This document shows positions 52,379-63,407 of a DNA stretch of 64,000 nucleotides, in pieces. The notes below the pieces were generated by a model. That model searched no databases. It was not told where the DNA came from and was given only the letters and a program-made list of their open reading frames with translations. Numbering within the stretch: the stretch's first letter is position 1; every line of letters begins with the position of its first letter. A program made the translations under genes and the position numbers. This DNA comes from Candidatus Freyarchaeum deiterrae (GTDB taxonomy: Archaea > Asgardarchaeota > Jordiarchaeia > Jordiarchaeales > Jordiarchaeaceae): NCBI GenBank assembly GCA_037305845.1, contig CP147778.1, positions 3,168,001 to 3,232,000 of the forward strand. Reading direction: 5' to 3'.

Positions 52379-54019
52379 ATGACCAAAATAGAATCCCCAA
52401 AAAAGGAAGCTCAAGAAGAAGAAGAAGAGAAGAGACCGGAGAAGTTCACCACTTTATCCGACATTGAAGTTAAAATGTTTTACACACCAGATGATATTCA
52501 AACCAAATACCAAAAAGATTTAGGATTCCCCGGAGAATTCCCTTTCGTCCGCGGAGTATACCCCACCATGTACCGGGGTCGCCTATGGACTATGAGGATG
52601 TTTTCCGGATACGGCACCGCTTTCGACACCAATAAACGATTCAAGTATCTTTTAGGACAAGGTGAAACCGGTTTAAGCGTCGCCTTCGATTTTCCCACGC
52701 TCTACGGTTATGATTCAGATAATGCGCTTTGCAGGGGTGAAGTCGGAAAGTGCGGGGTAGCCATCTCCTCCCTACAAGACATGGAAGCACTTTTTGATGG
52801 GATTCCTCTCGATAAGGTCAGCACCTCCATGACCATTAACGGTCCCGCAGCCATTATATGGGCGTTCTACATTGCGGCGGCTGAAAATCAGGGTGTCCCA
52901 AGAAAAGAATTGAGGGGAACAATCCAGAACGACATACTAAAAGAATACATCGCACAAAACTCCTACATCTTTCCACCAGAACCCTCAATGAGGCTTATTC
53001 TCGACACCTTTGAATTCGGAACCGACGAGCTTCCCAACTGGAACACCATAAGCATAAGCGGCTACCACATAAGAGAAGCGGGATCCACCGCGGTTCAGGA
53101 ACTCGCCTTCACATTAGCGGATGGACTCGCCTACGTGGACGCCGCCGTCGAGAGGGGACTGAACATAGACTCTTTTGCACCCCGACTGTCATTCTTCTTT
53201 AATGCTCACAACTACTTTTTCGAGGAAATCGCCAAGTACCGAGCGGCGAGGAGAATCTGGGCTAAAGAGATGAAGAAACGAAACGCGGTTAACCCCCGCT
53301 CCATGATGCTACGATTCCACACCCAGACCGCCGGCGTCTCTCTAACAGCCCAGCAACCATTAAACAATGCAGTCAGAGTCGCCATACAAGCCCTAGCAGC
53401 GGTTTTTGGGGGCACCCAATCACTGCACACTAACTCTTATGACGAAGCACTAGCCCTCCCCACGGAAGAAGCAGCTATGGTGGCTCTAAGAACCCAACAA
53501 ATAATCGCCCACGAAACCGGAGCCGCGGAAACAATAGACCCACTAGCCGGCTCATACCATGTGGAATGGCTAACCGACAAAATGGAAGAGGAAACCTACA
53601 AGTACTTTGACCAGATAGAGAAGATAGGCGGAGTAATCACGGGAATCAAAAAAGGATTCTTCCAGAATGAAATCGCCAAAGCCTCCTACAAGTACCAGAA
53701 GGAAGTAGAACAGGGGAAACGAAAAATAGTGGGAGTGAACTGCTACAAAACAGACCAAGACAACGAGGTAACTTGTCCAGTGCTCATAGTTGACCCCGAG
53801 GTCGAAAGAGTGCAACATGAGCGGCTCAACAAACTGAGAAAAACCCGAGACAACTCCAAAGTACAGAAAGCATTAAAAGAGCTTGAGAAACAAGCCAAAA
53901 CCGAAACCAACCTCATGCCCTACATCATAGACTGCGCACACGCATACGCAACCCTAGGAGAAATAAGAGAAACCCTAGTCAGCGTTTTCGGCGAATACGA
54001 ACCAAAGGATTGGTTCTAG
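52379..54019 (+). CDS. B12-dependent acyl-CoA mutase large subunit (isobutyryl-CoA mutase-like residues)
   Basis: [44 protein letters not shown]; no B12-binding domain. Confidence 0.9.
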   Translation: MTKIESPKKEAQEEEEEKRPEKFTTLSDIEVKMFYTPDDIQTKYQKDLGFPGEFPFVRGVYPTMYRGRLWTMRMFSGYGTAFDTNKRFKYLLGQGETGLSVAFDFPTLYGYDSDNALCRGEVGKCGVAISSLQDMEALFDGIPLDKVSTSMTINGPAAIIWAFYIAAAENQGVPRKELRGTIQNDILKEYIAQNSYIFPPEPSMRLILDTFEFGTDELPNWNTISISGYHIREAGSTAVQELAFTLADGLAYVDAAVERGLNIDSFAPRLSFFFNAHNYFFEEIAKYRAARRIWAKEMKKRNAVNPRSMMLRFHTQTAGVSLTAQQPLNNAVRVAIQALAAVFGGTQSLHTNSYDEALALPTEEAAMVALRTQQIIAHETGAAETIDPLAGSYHVEWLTDKMEEETYKYFDQIEKIGGVITGIKKGFFQNEIAKASYKYQKEVEQGKRKIVGVNCYKTDQDNEVTCPVLIVDPEVERVQHERLNKLRKTRDNSKVQKALKELEKQAKTETNLMPYIIDCAHAYATLGEIRETLVSVFGEYEPKDWF

Positions 54020-54615
54020 CCATAAAAAGAATTCGTTAAGAATTCGGAGATAAACGACTTTTATCCTTCACTTTTGAGACTTAGGCGGATAAGCTGCAAA
54101 CCGCCACTGAAACAGGAGAAGAGTTCCGGAATGCGTTCTCAGTAGAAAAGGCATCAGTATGCATACAAACAAACACGCCTAAATTTAGGAAGGATTTTCA
54201 TCACTCATTTTTATTAAAAAACTTGATCAATGCTAGTCCACTATGCAAAAAAGCATAACAATCCCAAAGCCAAGCCGCCCATATACTGGCTTCATACGTA
54301 TCAAAAAGAAGTACTGCACTAGGTAGAGGGCAGTGTTCAACCGCTATGCTTGAATTAAGGGGTAATTTAACCAAATAGTTTTTTCAACGCAGCCAGTTAA
54401 AACGATTAAAATACGAGTACTTTTCCAATAACAACATTTATAAGAATCAAAAAACATAGATAAAAAACCCCCTAACCATCCGCCTAAAAGATATCCCTTA
54501 AAAAAGGGCGTTGAATGGCTACCGAACTTTACCGATTCTAAGAGAGCAAGCTTGGGAGAAAAAACTAAAATAGAAAATTTTCCCTTTTCGCGGTACACAG
54601 AAAAGAAGTAAAAAG

Positions 54616-54667
54616 AGGGAAACAAGGACTCCAAAACTAACTAGTAGTAGTAGTGGAGCCTTGCCCT
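54616..54667 (+). promoter_or_regulatory. Conserved hairpin upstream of surface-protein gene 2
   Basis: AGGG/CCCT, CAAGG/CCTTG and CTCCA/TGGAG stems about 62 nt before the ATG. Confidence 0.45.
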
Positions 54668-54719
54668 ACGTAGAAACTTTACTGTTTCTATAACAAAAAA
54701 ATTAACCATTAAAAAATGA

Positions 54720-57062
54720 GTGAAAATCATGAGAAAAATCAGAGCAAATAAGAAAGCCCTAAAGATAGCAGCAGTCTTAGCAGCAGTACTCCTAACAGCA
54801 ACAATCATCACAGCGGCCACAACAATACAAAACCAAAACCAAAACCAAAACACTTATCCACTCATCAACGCATACCTGCAAGGAGCCCCCCAGAACTCTC
54901 TCACCCCCATTACCGAAAAGGACACCCTCCAATCTCTCTACATATGGTATAACTACAATTTTACGGCTGACATCAACAATGATTCACAGATAATTGTGAA
55001 TGGGTCAAACATAGTGATAAACGGAAACGGCTACTCCTTAATAGGATCCGGATCTGGGTACGGTTTCAACTTAACTGGCGTAAGCAACGTAACCATCTTT
55101 AACGTCACAGTCACAGGGTGGTATTACGGCTTCGACCTAGAAAGCAGCTCGAACAACAATCTTTACAATAACACCGCAAACAACAACACCAACGCCGGCT
55201 TCTACCTGTACACTAGCTCTTACAATACTCTTTCCAGTAACATTGCAAACAACACCACCAACGGCGACGGCTTCTACCTACTCGTCAGCTCAAATAACAA
55301 TACTCTTTCGAGTAACAACGCAACCAACAACGCCCTAGCCGGCTTCGACCTGTACAATAGCTTTTATAATACTTTTTCGGGTAACACTGCATATAACAAC
55401 ACCTACGAAGGCTTCGACCTAGTCTCCAGCTCTTACAATACTCTTTCGGGTAACAACGCGAACAACACCGGCATCGGCTTCTGGCTGTTCGATAGTTCGA
55501 ACAACAATAATCTTTCGGGTAACACCGCAAACAACAACCACTACAACGGCTTCGACCTAGTCACCAGCTCTAACAACAATACTCTCACAAGTAACAATGC
55601 AAATAACAACACCGAAGACTTCTACCTATCCTCCAGCTCTAACAACACTCTTACGGGTAACACAGCAAGCAACAGCAGGGACGTAGGCTTCGACCTGTAC
55701 AATAGCTCAGACAATACTCTTACTGGTAACACCGCAACCAACAACACCTACAACGGCTTCCTCCTAGAATCCAGTTCGAACAACAATACTCTTACTGGTA
55801 ACAACACCGCAACCAACAACGGCAACAACGGCTTCTACCTGTCCAATAGCCATAACAATACTCTTTCTGGTAACACGGCAACCAACAACACCTACTACGG
55901 CTTCATCCTACAATCCAGCTCGAACAACAATAATCTTACTGGTAACACCGCAACCAACAACACCTACAACGGCTTCTACCTACTCTCCAGCTCAAACAAC
56001 ACTCTTACGGGTAACACAGCAAGCAACAGCGGCCAGGCTGGCTTCGCCTTATCCTCCAGCTCAGACAATACTCTTTCTGGTAACACGGCAAACAACAGCC
56101 ACAACGAAGGTTTCCTCCTAGAATCCAGCTCGAACAACAACAACCTTACAAGTAACACCGCTATAAACAGCAACGGCATCGGCTTCCATTTGATTGGAGA
56201 TTCTACTGGCAATAACATCCTAGTTTGCACCGCTTTAAACAGCAGCACAATTGCAGCATACTACTGGGGCACCTGTATAAATAATAATTTTACGGGCAGT
56301 GTAGAGGCGAACTACCTGCGCGTGAACGTCACCGATGTTCTGGGCTACCCCATCCCGGGTGCGGATGTTAATGTTACGACCGATGTAACAGGTGTGTATC
56401 TTACGTCACACTTTGGTGGTACAGACCCCACAACCGGCTCTAATGGTGTAACCTCCTGGATTGCTGTCGCCTACCGAATATTCACAACAAACGATACAAT
56501 GACTACGAACACCACCACTGCTACCGTGTACTATCAGGGGTTCCCCATCTCAGGAAGCCCTAAGACAGTTAACATGTATCAGTCGCATGTGGAAACATTC
56601 CAAGTGACTGACACTGCTGATCCGACTGTCGCAATCACTTTCCCAACTTCTGGTGGTACTGTTTATACTGGTGTTGTCTGGATTAATGGAACCTTCAACG
56701 GCACAGGAAGTAATGTCATTAGTATCACCATCAGCATTACCCTTAACGGCACCAGCTTCACACTGGTTGGGCCCTCAGGACCCCCGTACGGCGTTACGGG
56801 CACCTACAGCTTCAGTGCCACAATCCCACAAGCTGGAGAGTTCGACGTAAATGTCACGGTTCAAGACGGAGCTACACGCACAGCAATGGCCACAAGTCAC
56901 ATCGTGGTGCAGGAACAACCTTCGCTGCTTCCCGCCCTCTCGCTGTTAGCTGGAACGCAGGGTGGCACCAGTCCGCTGGTCCCCGCTGCTATCATAGGTG
57001 TCGTGGGCGTGGTTGTAGTAGCTGGTGGTTTGATCTACTACTTCCGAAGAGTGAAAGCGTGA
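54720..57062 (+). CDS. Membrane-anchored NosD/beta-helix surface glycoprotein (paralog of 33845)
   Basis: Same signal peptide and anchor; longer beta-helix repeat region; one Ig-like module. Confidence 0.9.
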   Translation: MKIMRKIRANKKALKIAAVLAAVLLTATIITAATTIQNQNQNQNTYPLINAYLQGAPQNSLTPITEKDTLQSLYIWYNYNFTADINNDSQIIVNGSNIVINGNGYSLIGSGSGYGFNLTGVSNVTIFNVTVTGWYYGFDLESSSNNNLYNNTANNNTNAGFYLYTSSYNTLSSNIANNTTNGDGFYLLVSSNNNTLSSNNATNNALAGFDLYNSFYNTFSGNTAYNNTYEGFDLVSSSYNTLSGNNANNTGIGFWLFDSSNNNNLSGNTANNNHYNGFDLVTSSNNNTLTSNNANNNTEDFYLSSSSNNTLTGNTASNSRDVGFDLYNSSDNTLTGNTATNNTYNGFLLESSSNNNTLTGNNTATNNGNNGFYLSNSHNNTLSGNTATNNTYYGFILQSSSNNNNLTGNTATNNTYNGFYLLSSSNNTLTGNTASNSGQAGFALSSSSDNTLSGNTANNSHNEGFLLESSSNNNNLTSNTAINSNGIGFHLIGDSTGNNILVCTALNSSTIAAYYWGTCINNNFTGSVEANYLRVNVTDVLGYPIPGADVNVTTDVTGVYLTSHFGGTDPTTGSNGVTSWIAVAYRIFTTNDTMTTNTTTATVYYQGFPISGSPKTVNMYQSHVETFQVTDTADPTVAITFPTSGGTVYTGVVWINGTFNGTGSNVISITISITLNGTSFTLVGPSGPPYGVTGTYSFSATIPQAGEFDVNVTVQDGATRTAMATSHIVVQEQPSLLPALSLLAGTQGGTSPLVPAAIIGVVGVVVVAGGLIYYFRRVKA

Positions 57063-57241
57063 AAAAATGGGGGCTGGAAGACTCTCCTCAATTTGTTCGG
57101 GAGCCTTGCTCTTCCCCTCCCTTTTTTATTTAAACACTGGCGTAATGAACAGCATCAGAAAAATCAAATTATATGATTTTTGTAAGTTAAGATTTTGTTT
57201 CGATTTTTCCGTTTTATCGGTGTCCTGACATCTAGATTGTT

Positions 57242-58168
57242 TCACTTTTTCGCGGTAAATTTTTTTAAACGCCCTATTTCTTTTTTACCCTGTTTAAAAC
57301 CGGCTTTTGCCACAGCTCCACCTCGAGCAAAGTCCATGGGGTTGAAACCCATCTCTTTGGTAGAAGAGGCATCCGGCACGATGAGCATCGCCTTTCCATC
57401 GCCTTGTTCAATAGCGGCAATCTCTCGTTGTGTAGGAACCTTAAACAAGTCTGGCATCAAGGCTCCTAAAGGAGCTATGATAAGAACGAGGTTGAAGCCT
57501 TTCGCAATGTCGGCATTCGTGCTCGAACGAACACCGCCGTCCATGTAACGGTGACCATTAATCTGGATAGGAGTCACTAAAAGTGGAACGGCAGTACTTG
57601 CCGCAATTGCGTAAAGAATATTTATATTGGAATGTTTGTCCCAAACCGCGAGCGTGCCTTCCTGCGCGTCGGTAGCGATGCAAACGAATCGCTCGGGCCA
57701 GCTTTCTTCCGCTCGAACGAGAGACGAAAAATTAGCTATATGTTGTTCTTCCGGCATGGCATGAGCCTCAAGCGCCATCTTGCCGACTTTCGCTAATAAT
57801 TCTCTAGGTACATCGCCCTCCAATGACGCTTTGAGTAAATCTTCGAACCATTGAAACTGTTCAATCGGTGGAAGACTGTTTTCGGGCTGAACGGGATGCT
57901 GTTTTGCATAAGATTCCGCCCTAGCGATTTGACCTTGGAACAGTGCCGCTGGTGTGCGTCCGAGAGCAAGCTGTGAGCCGATGATTGCACCCGCGGAAGT
58001 CCCTATAAATCGGTCGGCTCTAGTAATTATGGCTGCATCTTCTTCGGCCAGACCAGCAATTAACCCGGCCTCCCATGCAACCCCAACCGGGCCGCCGCCC
58101 CCAAGGACTATAGCGAAGCTCATACCATTTTTTCCAACCTTTTTTGAAAGCTTTGGTTTTTCGTCCAA
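57242..58168 (-). CDS. Patatin-like phospholipase
   Basis: LGGGG..G, GTSAG, ASTAVP, DGG. Confidence 0.93.
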   Translation of the reverse strand: MDEKPKLSKKVGKNGMSFAIVLGGGGPVGVAWEAGLIAGLAEEDAAIITRADRFIGTSAGAIIGSQLALGRTPAALFQGQIARAESYAKQHPVQPENSLPPIEQFQWFEDLLKASLEGDVPRELLAKVGKMALEAHAMPEEQHIANFSSLVRAEESWPERFVCIATDAQEGTLAVWDKHSNINILYAIAASTAVPLLVTPIQINGHRYMDGGVRSSTNADIAKGFNLVLIIAPLGALMPDLFKVPTQREIAAIEQGDGKAMLIVPDASSTKEMGFNPMDFARGGAVAKAGFKQGKKEIGRLKKFTAKK

Positions 58169-58534
58169 TTTTTGCCCTCCTTCTTTATTCTTAAATTCAA
58201 TACTTATGACTCTTGCTCCACTAAGAATTTATCTAGATAATAAATTTTCTAATAAACTTATCCAGAAAGTATTCGGGGGGATTTGGATTATGGACGCATT
58301 TACAGCCAACATTATTCTCGAGACAATAAAACTGGTTAGTACACAATTAAAGTTAAGTTCCTTATTCTCCTATCCGTCTTAATCCTTAACCTTGATAGTA
58401 TGTGGTGTGTGTTTTTTTGATTGTTTATTTTTTGGTTTAAATATGATTGTTGTGGGCTGTTGTTTTTTGTGGGTTAAATTTATTTATTAGTACTCTTTGC
58501 GCACAGTTGCCATAAAATGGTGGAGGATGTGATT

Positions 58535-59059
58535 ATGGAAAGTATTACAAAAAATTATAAAGCAAAAATTACGGCAGAATCTGGAAAACCAGAGATAATA
58601 ATTACAAGGGATTTTGATGCACCCCGAGAGCTCGTTTTTAAAGCATTCACGGATCCAAAAATTTACATAAAGTGGTTTGGTCCACGCCAACTGACAACGA
58701 CTCTGGAGACATTTGAACCGAGAAATGGTGGAAGCTGGAGATATATTCAAAAAGATCAAAACGGCAATGAGTATGCGTTTCACGGAGTGTTTCATGAAGT
58801 TCTCAAGCCTTCGAGAATTATTGAAACCTATGAATTTGAAGGCTTACCGGAAACGGGGCATGTCTGTCTCCGAACGGCGAGATTTGAAGAGATACCTGAC
58901 GGTAAGACCAAGATGACCGCTCAATTGGTCTTCCAATCAGTTGCCGATCGCGACGGGATGATGCAGACTGGTATACATGAAGGCGTGAACGAGTCATTTG
59001 ATCGTCTCGAAGAGCTGTTGGAAAAGCTGCAAAAGAAGCGCTCACGCTCTTATACATAA
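58535..59059 (+). CDS. SRPBCC/AHSA1-like protein, copy 1
   Basis: [18 protein letters not shown]...[18 protein letters not shown]. Confidence 0.92.
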   Translation: MESITKNYKAKITAESGKPEIIITRDFDAPRELVFKAFTDPKIYIKWFGPRQLTTTLETFEPRNGGSWRYIQKDQNGNEYAFHGVFHEVLKPSRIIETYEFEGLPETGHVCLRTARFEEIPDGKTKMTAQLVFQSVADRDGMMQTGIHEGVNESFDRLEELLEKLQKKRSRSYT

Positions 59060-59382
59060 GTTTGATGATGGACGCAACATCTTAGCCGCTCTTCTTCTTC
59101 CCTTTTTAATAATTATTTTTACTCTTTTAAAGTTTATATTTTGGAAACTATGCTTCTTTTACGAAGTAGTTTAAGTTATTGTTTTGCTAAAAAATTTAAA
59201 GCATTCGATGATTAATTTCAGTGGAAGATAAAAATACTTATCCGGTTTAATGTATGTGTGTGATTTTTTTGATTTTTTAATTTTTCATTTTTCTATCTTA
59301 ATATGATTATTGTTTTTGGGGAGATTAAATTTATATGTCAGTACTCATTACCAACCGTTGCATTAGTGGTGGAGGAGTGATT

Positions 59383-59910
59383 ATGGAAAGTATTACAAAA
59401 AGTTATAGAGCAAGAATTACGGCAGAACCTGGAAAACCGGAGGTTGTAATAACAAGGGAGTTCAATGCGCCCCGAGAGCTTGTTTTTAAATCGTTCACGG
59501 ATCCAAAGATTTATACACAGTTTGCTGCTCCACGTCGATTCAAGATGATTCTTGAGAAATTTGAACCGAGAAATGGTGGAAGCTATCGATTTATTCTAAA
59601 AGATCTAGACGGCAATAAGTTTGCAAATCATGGAGTGTACCATGAAGTTCTTGAACCTTCGCTAATGATTAATACCTTTGAATCTGAAGGTTTACCGGAA
59701 AAAGGGCATGTTAGTCTCGAAACATCGAGGTTCGAAGAGATGCCTGATGGTAAGACTAAGCTAACAATTCAATTGGTTTTCCAATCGGTGGCAGATCGCG
59801 ATGGGTATGTGCAGTCTGGTGTGGAAGAGAGCGCGAGTGAAACATTTGATCGTCTCGACGAGCTTTTGGAAAAGATGTCACAAAAAAAGCGTCCACGTTC
59901 TCAGAGGTAA
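59383..59910 (+). CDS. SRPBCC/AHSA1-like protein, copy 2
   Basis: Paralog with a homologous upstream region. Confidence 0.92.
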   Translation: MESITKSYRARITAEPGKPEVVITREFNAPRELVFKSFTDPKIYTQFAAPRRFKMILEKFEPRNGGSYRFILKDLDGNKFANHGVYHEVLEPSLMINTFESEGLPEKGHVSLETSRFEEMPDGKTKLTIQLVFQSVADRDGYVQSGVEESASETFDRLDELLEKMSQKKRPRSQR

Positions 59911-60061
59911 GTTAGTTTTTTGAAAACTATGTTCCCCTTATAAAATAACAGTTGCCGAATTTTTCTAGAAATTGAAGCCTTCAATGGTAAATTTGTGTAA
60001 ATGATAAACCTGCTCAATTAATGTTAGATTTTACTACCTGCTCTTGTTGTCAAGCTTCCTT

Positions 60062-60445
60062 TCATTTGAGAAGTGCTTCTATGTCTTCCTTTGTAAGCGT
60101 GTTCCGCTCTTCTTGGTCTTTCCAGAGTTTTCTATAAGTGTAGAAGTACTCGTACAGGTCTGGGATATCTTTTGCATATACTACGACATGATTTTTAATC
60201 ACTCGGATCTTCAGATACATCGGTAGAGATTCAAATATCTTAACATCATACGGTTCCCTGACCTGCCTTAAAATGATTCTGAAAAGAGCTTCACGGTCGG
60301 CCTCTGGGGCAACTACGCAGATGTCCACATCGCTCCTAGGAGTGGCTTCGCCGGAAGCTTGAGAGCCGTAAAGAAGCACGGCTATAACATCAGGACGCTC
60401 AGTTAGGAAGCCTAAATCCCGCTTAATTCTGTCAATTATATCCAC
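60062..60445 (-). CDS. Minimal nucleotidyltransferase (MNT) antitoxin
   Basis: LYGS..SG...RSDVDICV. Confidence 0.9.
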   Translation of the reverse strand: MDIIDRIKRDLGFLTERPDVIAVLLYGSQASGEATPRSDVDICVVAPEADREALFRIILRQVREPYDVKIFESLPMYLKIRVIKNHVVVYAKDIPDLYEYFYTYRKLWKDQEERNTLTKEDIEALLK

Positions 60446-60852
60446 TTTTTCACAACTCCTACGAACTCTTCCACGGGACCTATGAGTTTCAGTATCTCAT
60501 TGTAAGCTTCGGAGTCGTTAAGTTTATTGTATCTATGGATTACCCAATTGCGTAGGCCGTTTGCCTCACTTAAAATATCTCTCATCTTTTCAGATATTAC
60601 TTTTTCTTCTCTTAACTTTTCCAAATTTGTATAGTCGTCCTCGGGGGGAATTCCACGGTCTTTAATTAGCATAGCTGCCAAATCCATGCAGGTTTCTACT
60701 ACTTCTTGAAAAGCCTTAAACACAGCGAAGCGGGTCTTCTTGTCTCCTAGAAACTCTTCAAGATTTGTTTCTGCTGTCCACTCTTTAACGGATTTTATGT
60801 TTTCTTGAATGGATAGAATTTTTCTAAGGTAGCTCTCTTTCCTTTCCTTCAT
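60436..60852 (-). CDS. HEPN (DUF86/HepT-like) toxin
   Basis: E..MD, RNWVIHRY (Rx4H-Y); overlaps the MNT gene. Confidence 0.9.
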   Translation of the reverse strand: MKERKESYLRKILSIQENIKSVKEWTAETNLEEFLGDKKTRFAVFKAFQEVVETCMDLAAMLIKDRGIPPEDDYTNLEKLREEKVISEKMRDILSEANGLRNWVIHRYNKLNDSEAYNEILKLIGPVEEFVGVVKKWI

Positions 60853-61273
60853 TTCCACCATAGGTTTTCTTAGTATTTTTGCCTTTTCTGCTTTACCATA
60901 GTCCCAAAGACACACAATTTTTTAGTATCTAAGAAACAAATGAAGTGAGACATTCTAACTGGTAAAAAAGGGGTTGCAGAATGAGGGAGGAAATAATTTT
61001 CACAATTCTAAAAGAGCTAGAAAGAACTTGGTTTAGTTTTTTGCTTCTAGTAAGTCTAATTAATGATTGCATAGATGAGGCGGATTTAAGCTTCAAGTTC
61101 TTCAGCCAATACAGGAGAACGCCAAATCAACATGACTGAAAATAAGGAAGTAATCAATAAATGAAAAAGCACAATTTGGTTTAAACATGGTTGTGGATTG
61201 TTGTTTTTTGGTGGGTTAGGCTTATTTATCAGTACTCCTTGCGAATTGTTGCAATAATGGTGGAGGTGTGATT

Positions 61274-61798
61274 ATGGAAAGTATGACTAAAAGTAGTAAA
61301 ACAAGATTCACAGCAGAACCTGGAAAACTGGATGTCGTAATTACAAGGGATTTTGATGCACCCCGAGAGCTTGTTTTTAAAGCATTCAAAGATCCAAAGC
61401 TTTATGTGCAGTGGCTTGGTCCACGTCGATTCAAAATGATTCTCGAGAAATTTGAACCAAGAAATGGTGGAAGCTATCGATATATCCATAAAGATAAGGA
61501 CGGTAACGAGTATGCGTTTCACGGAGTGTACCATGAAGTTCTCGAACCTTCGCTAATGATTGACACCTGGGAATTTGAAGGCTTACCGGAAAAAGGGCAT
61601 GTCAGCCTCCAAACTGCGGGGTTCGAAGAGATACCTGGCGGTAAGACCAAGCTAACAATTCAAGCGGTTTTCCTATCAGTTGCAGATCGCGATGGGAATG
61701 TGCAGTCTGGTATGGAAGAAGGCATAAATGAGGGATTTGATCGTCTCGATGAGCTGTTGGAAAAGATTCAAAAAAAGCGCGTACGCTCTCAGAGGTAA
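61274..61798 (+). CDS. SRPBCC/AHSA1-like protein, copy 3
   Basis: Paralog sharing blocks with both copy 1 and copy 2. Confidence 0.92.
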   Translation: MESMTKSSKTRFTAEPGKLDVVITRDFDAPRELVFKAFKDPKLYVQWLGPRRFKMILEKFEPRNGGSYRYIHKDKDGNEYAFHGVYHEVLEPSLMIDTWEFEGLPEKGHVSLQTAGFEEIPGGKTKLTIQAVFLSVADRDGNVQSGMEEGINEGFDRLDELLEKIQKKRVRSQR

Positions 61799-62046
61799 GT
61801 TTAGCGACTACCCCAACTCCGTTACCGGCCGCTGGAAGCGGCCTGGGGCTTTATTAAATTGGCGAAAGCTACCTATTAGGAACTAAGCGTGGCAAAACCA
61901 TTAGGCTTCCATTGACTATATCCCTAATGGCGCAGCGAAGAAGAAAGATTCTTCACTACAACCTTCTTTTCTATTCCGCAAATATTTTTTAACCATTTTA
62001 ATTATATATTTTTAATTAACATATAACTCCATGAGCTGGAAATTTA

Positions 62047-62460
62047 ATGGCGGTAGAAAAAAGTATAGAAAAAATAGTTTCTAGATTCTTCATTCTACCC
62101 CGAAAGTTCTATCCCACGAACCTGTATCTTCTTCTAATTACAGATAGAAGAATGATTCTCCTATCAAAAGCTAGAGCCTTTATAAAAAAGCAATCATCCC
62201 ATCCCCTCATGACTAAAAATGTCTTTAACAGCGAAGAACTCAATGAAATAATTAAAACAAGAGAAAAAAGCTACCAGATTGGTTACGAGGAGTTGTTAGA
62301 AATAGAGGTAAACACCTCACCTTTCAAGGAGGAGACATTCGGCTACTTTCTAAAAATTGCAACAAAGAAAAAGGAAACCAAGTGGGACCTACGCCTCGAA
62401 GACCTCGAAAATTTCAGAAAAACAATGCAAAAACTAAAAGTAAAATACGTGGAAAAATAA
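62047..62460 (+). CDS. Hypothetical protein, possible PH-like fold
   Basis: LLITDRRMIL...I.YEEL.EIE...LKI.T pattern; weak. Confidence 0.55.
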   Translation: MAVEKSIEKIVSRFFILPRKFYPTNLYLLLITDRRMILLSKARAFIKKQSSHPLMTKNVFNSEELNEIIKTREKSYQIGYEELLEIEVNTSPFKEETFGYFLKIATKKKETKWDLRLEDLENFRKTMQKLKVKYVEK

Positions 62461-62485
62461 ACACAATTAACCTATCGTACTCTTT

Positions 62486-63403
62486 TCAGTAGTGAGGGGC
62501 TTCTGGGTGAACCTTTTTTATGTAATCTGGTTTGAAGACGTCTTTTTCTTCTAGCGCTTTTTTGAGATATCCCAGTTTTTTGAGGACGGGTACGAAGGCC
62601 ATGGTTGACTCCATGTACTCTCGTGAGAGCATAGCACAGTATTTTGGAGAAACAGCGTACATTTTTTTCACGAAATCTACGCTCACTCCCTTCATCTCCT
62701 TTGAAACTAGTTTAGCCGCCTGTTTGGGATTTTCTCGAATTAGAGCGCAGGCCTTTTTGTGCATTTTTAGAAATTCCATGATCACCTGTGCTTCGTCTTC
62801 TAATTCTTTCCTTACGAGTATGCCGTAGCTGGGATTGTTGGGCCAGAGTCTATTCGGTGGCATTACCAGTTTCACATCGAGTCGCTGAGAAGCGGCGACG
62901 AATAGAGCGGGGGTTCCAACAGCGGCTTGTATCTCGCCGTTTTCGAGGGCTTCTGGAAGGAGCTCCGCCCATTCATAGTTCTCCACAGTGGCACCAGTTA
63001 AATCCAGTTTCTCAAGCAGGTCACGTATGATAACGTCGTGGATTGATCCTCTTGTTGGTGTGCCTATTTTCTTATCCTGAAACTGTTCCAAGACCTTTCG
63101 GGCTTCTTTCAGTTCTTCAAGCGATTTATAATCCTCAGTGGCTAGCATGACCGTGCCCTCGACGTGTCCTCCTGCCACGCAGATAATGGGGACGCCTCGG
63201 TCTATGGCTATCATTGCTGGAGGTAGACCTATGTAGCCGATGTCAATATCTCTGTCACCAAATGCTTTAGTCATAGCGGGTCCAGTGGGATACAGTCTCC
63301 AATCCACAATCCGCTTTAATTGCTCCTCAAGCCAGCCTCCACTCTTTAGAACATAGGACGTGTGATACATTGTGGGCAGGTAACCTACTCTCAGCTCCTT
63401 CAA
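62486..63403 (-). CDS. NitT/TauT (NMT1-like) substrate-binding-fold protein lacking a signal peptide
   Basis: LRVGYL, TGP....AF....DIGYIG.PP, KIGTP..GSIHD. Confidence 0.85.
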   Translation of the reverse strand: MKELRVGYLPTMYHTSYVLKSGGWLEEQLKRIVDWRLYPTGPAMTKAFGDRDIDIGYIGLPPAMIAIDRGVPIICVAGGHVEGTVMLATEDYKSLEELKEARKVLEQFQDKKIGTPTRGSIHDVIIRDLLEKLDLTGATVENYEWAELLPEALENGEIQAAVGTPALFVAASQRLDVKLVMPPNRLWPNNPSYGILVRKELEDEAQVIMEFLKMHKKACALIRENPKQAAKLVSKEMKGVSVDFVKKMYAVSPKYCAMLSREYMESTMAFVPVLKKLGYLKKALEEKDVFKPDYIKKVHPEAPHY

Positions 63404-63407
63404 TCAT

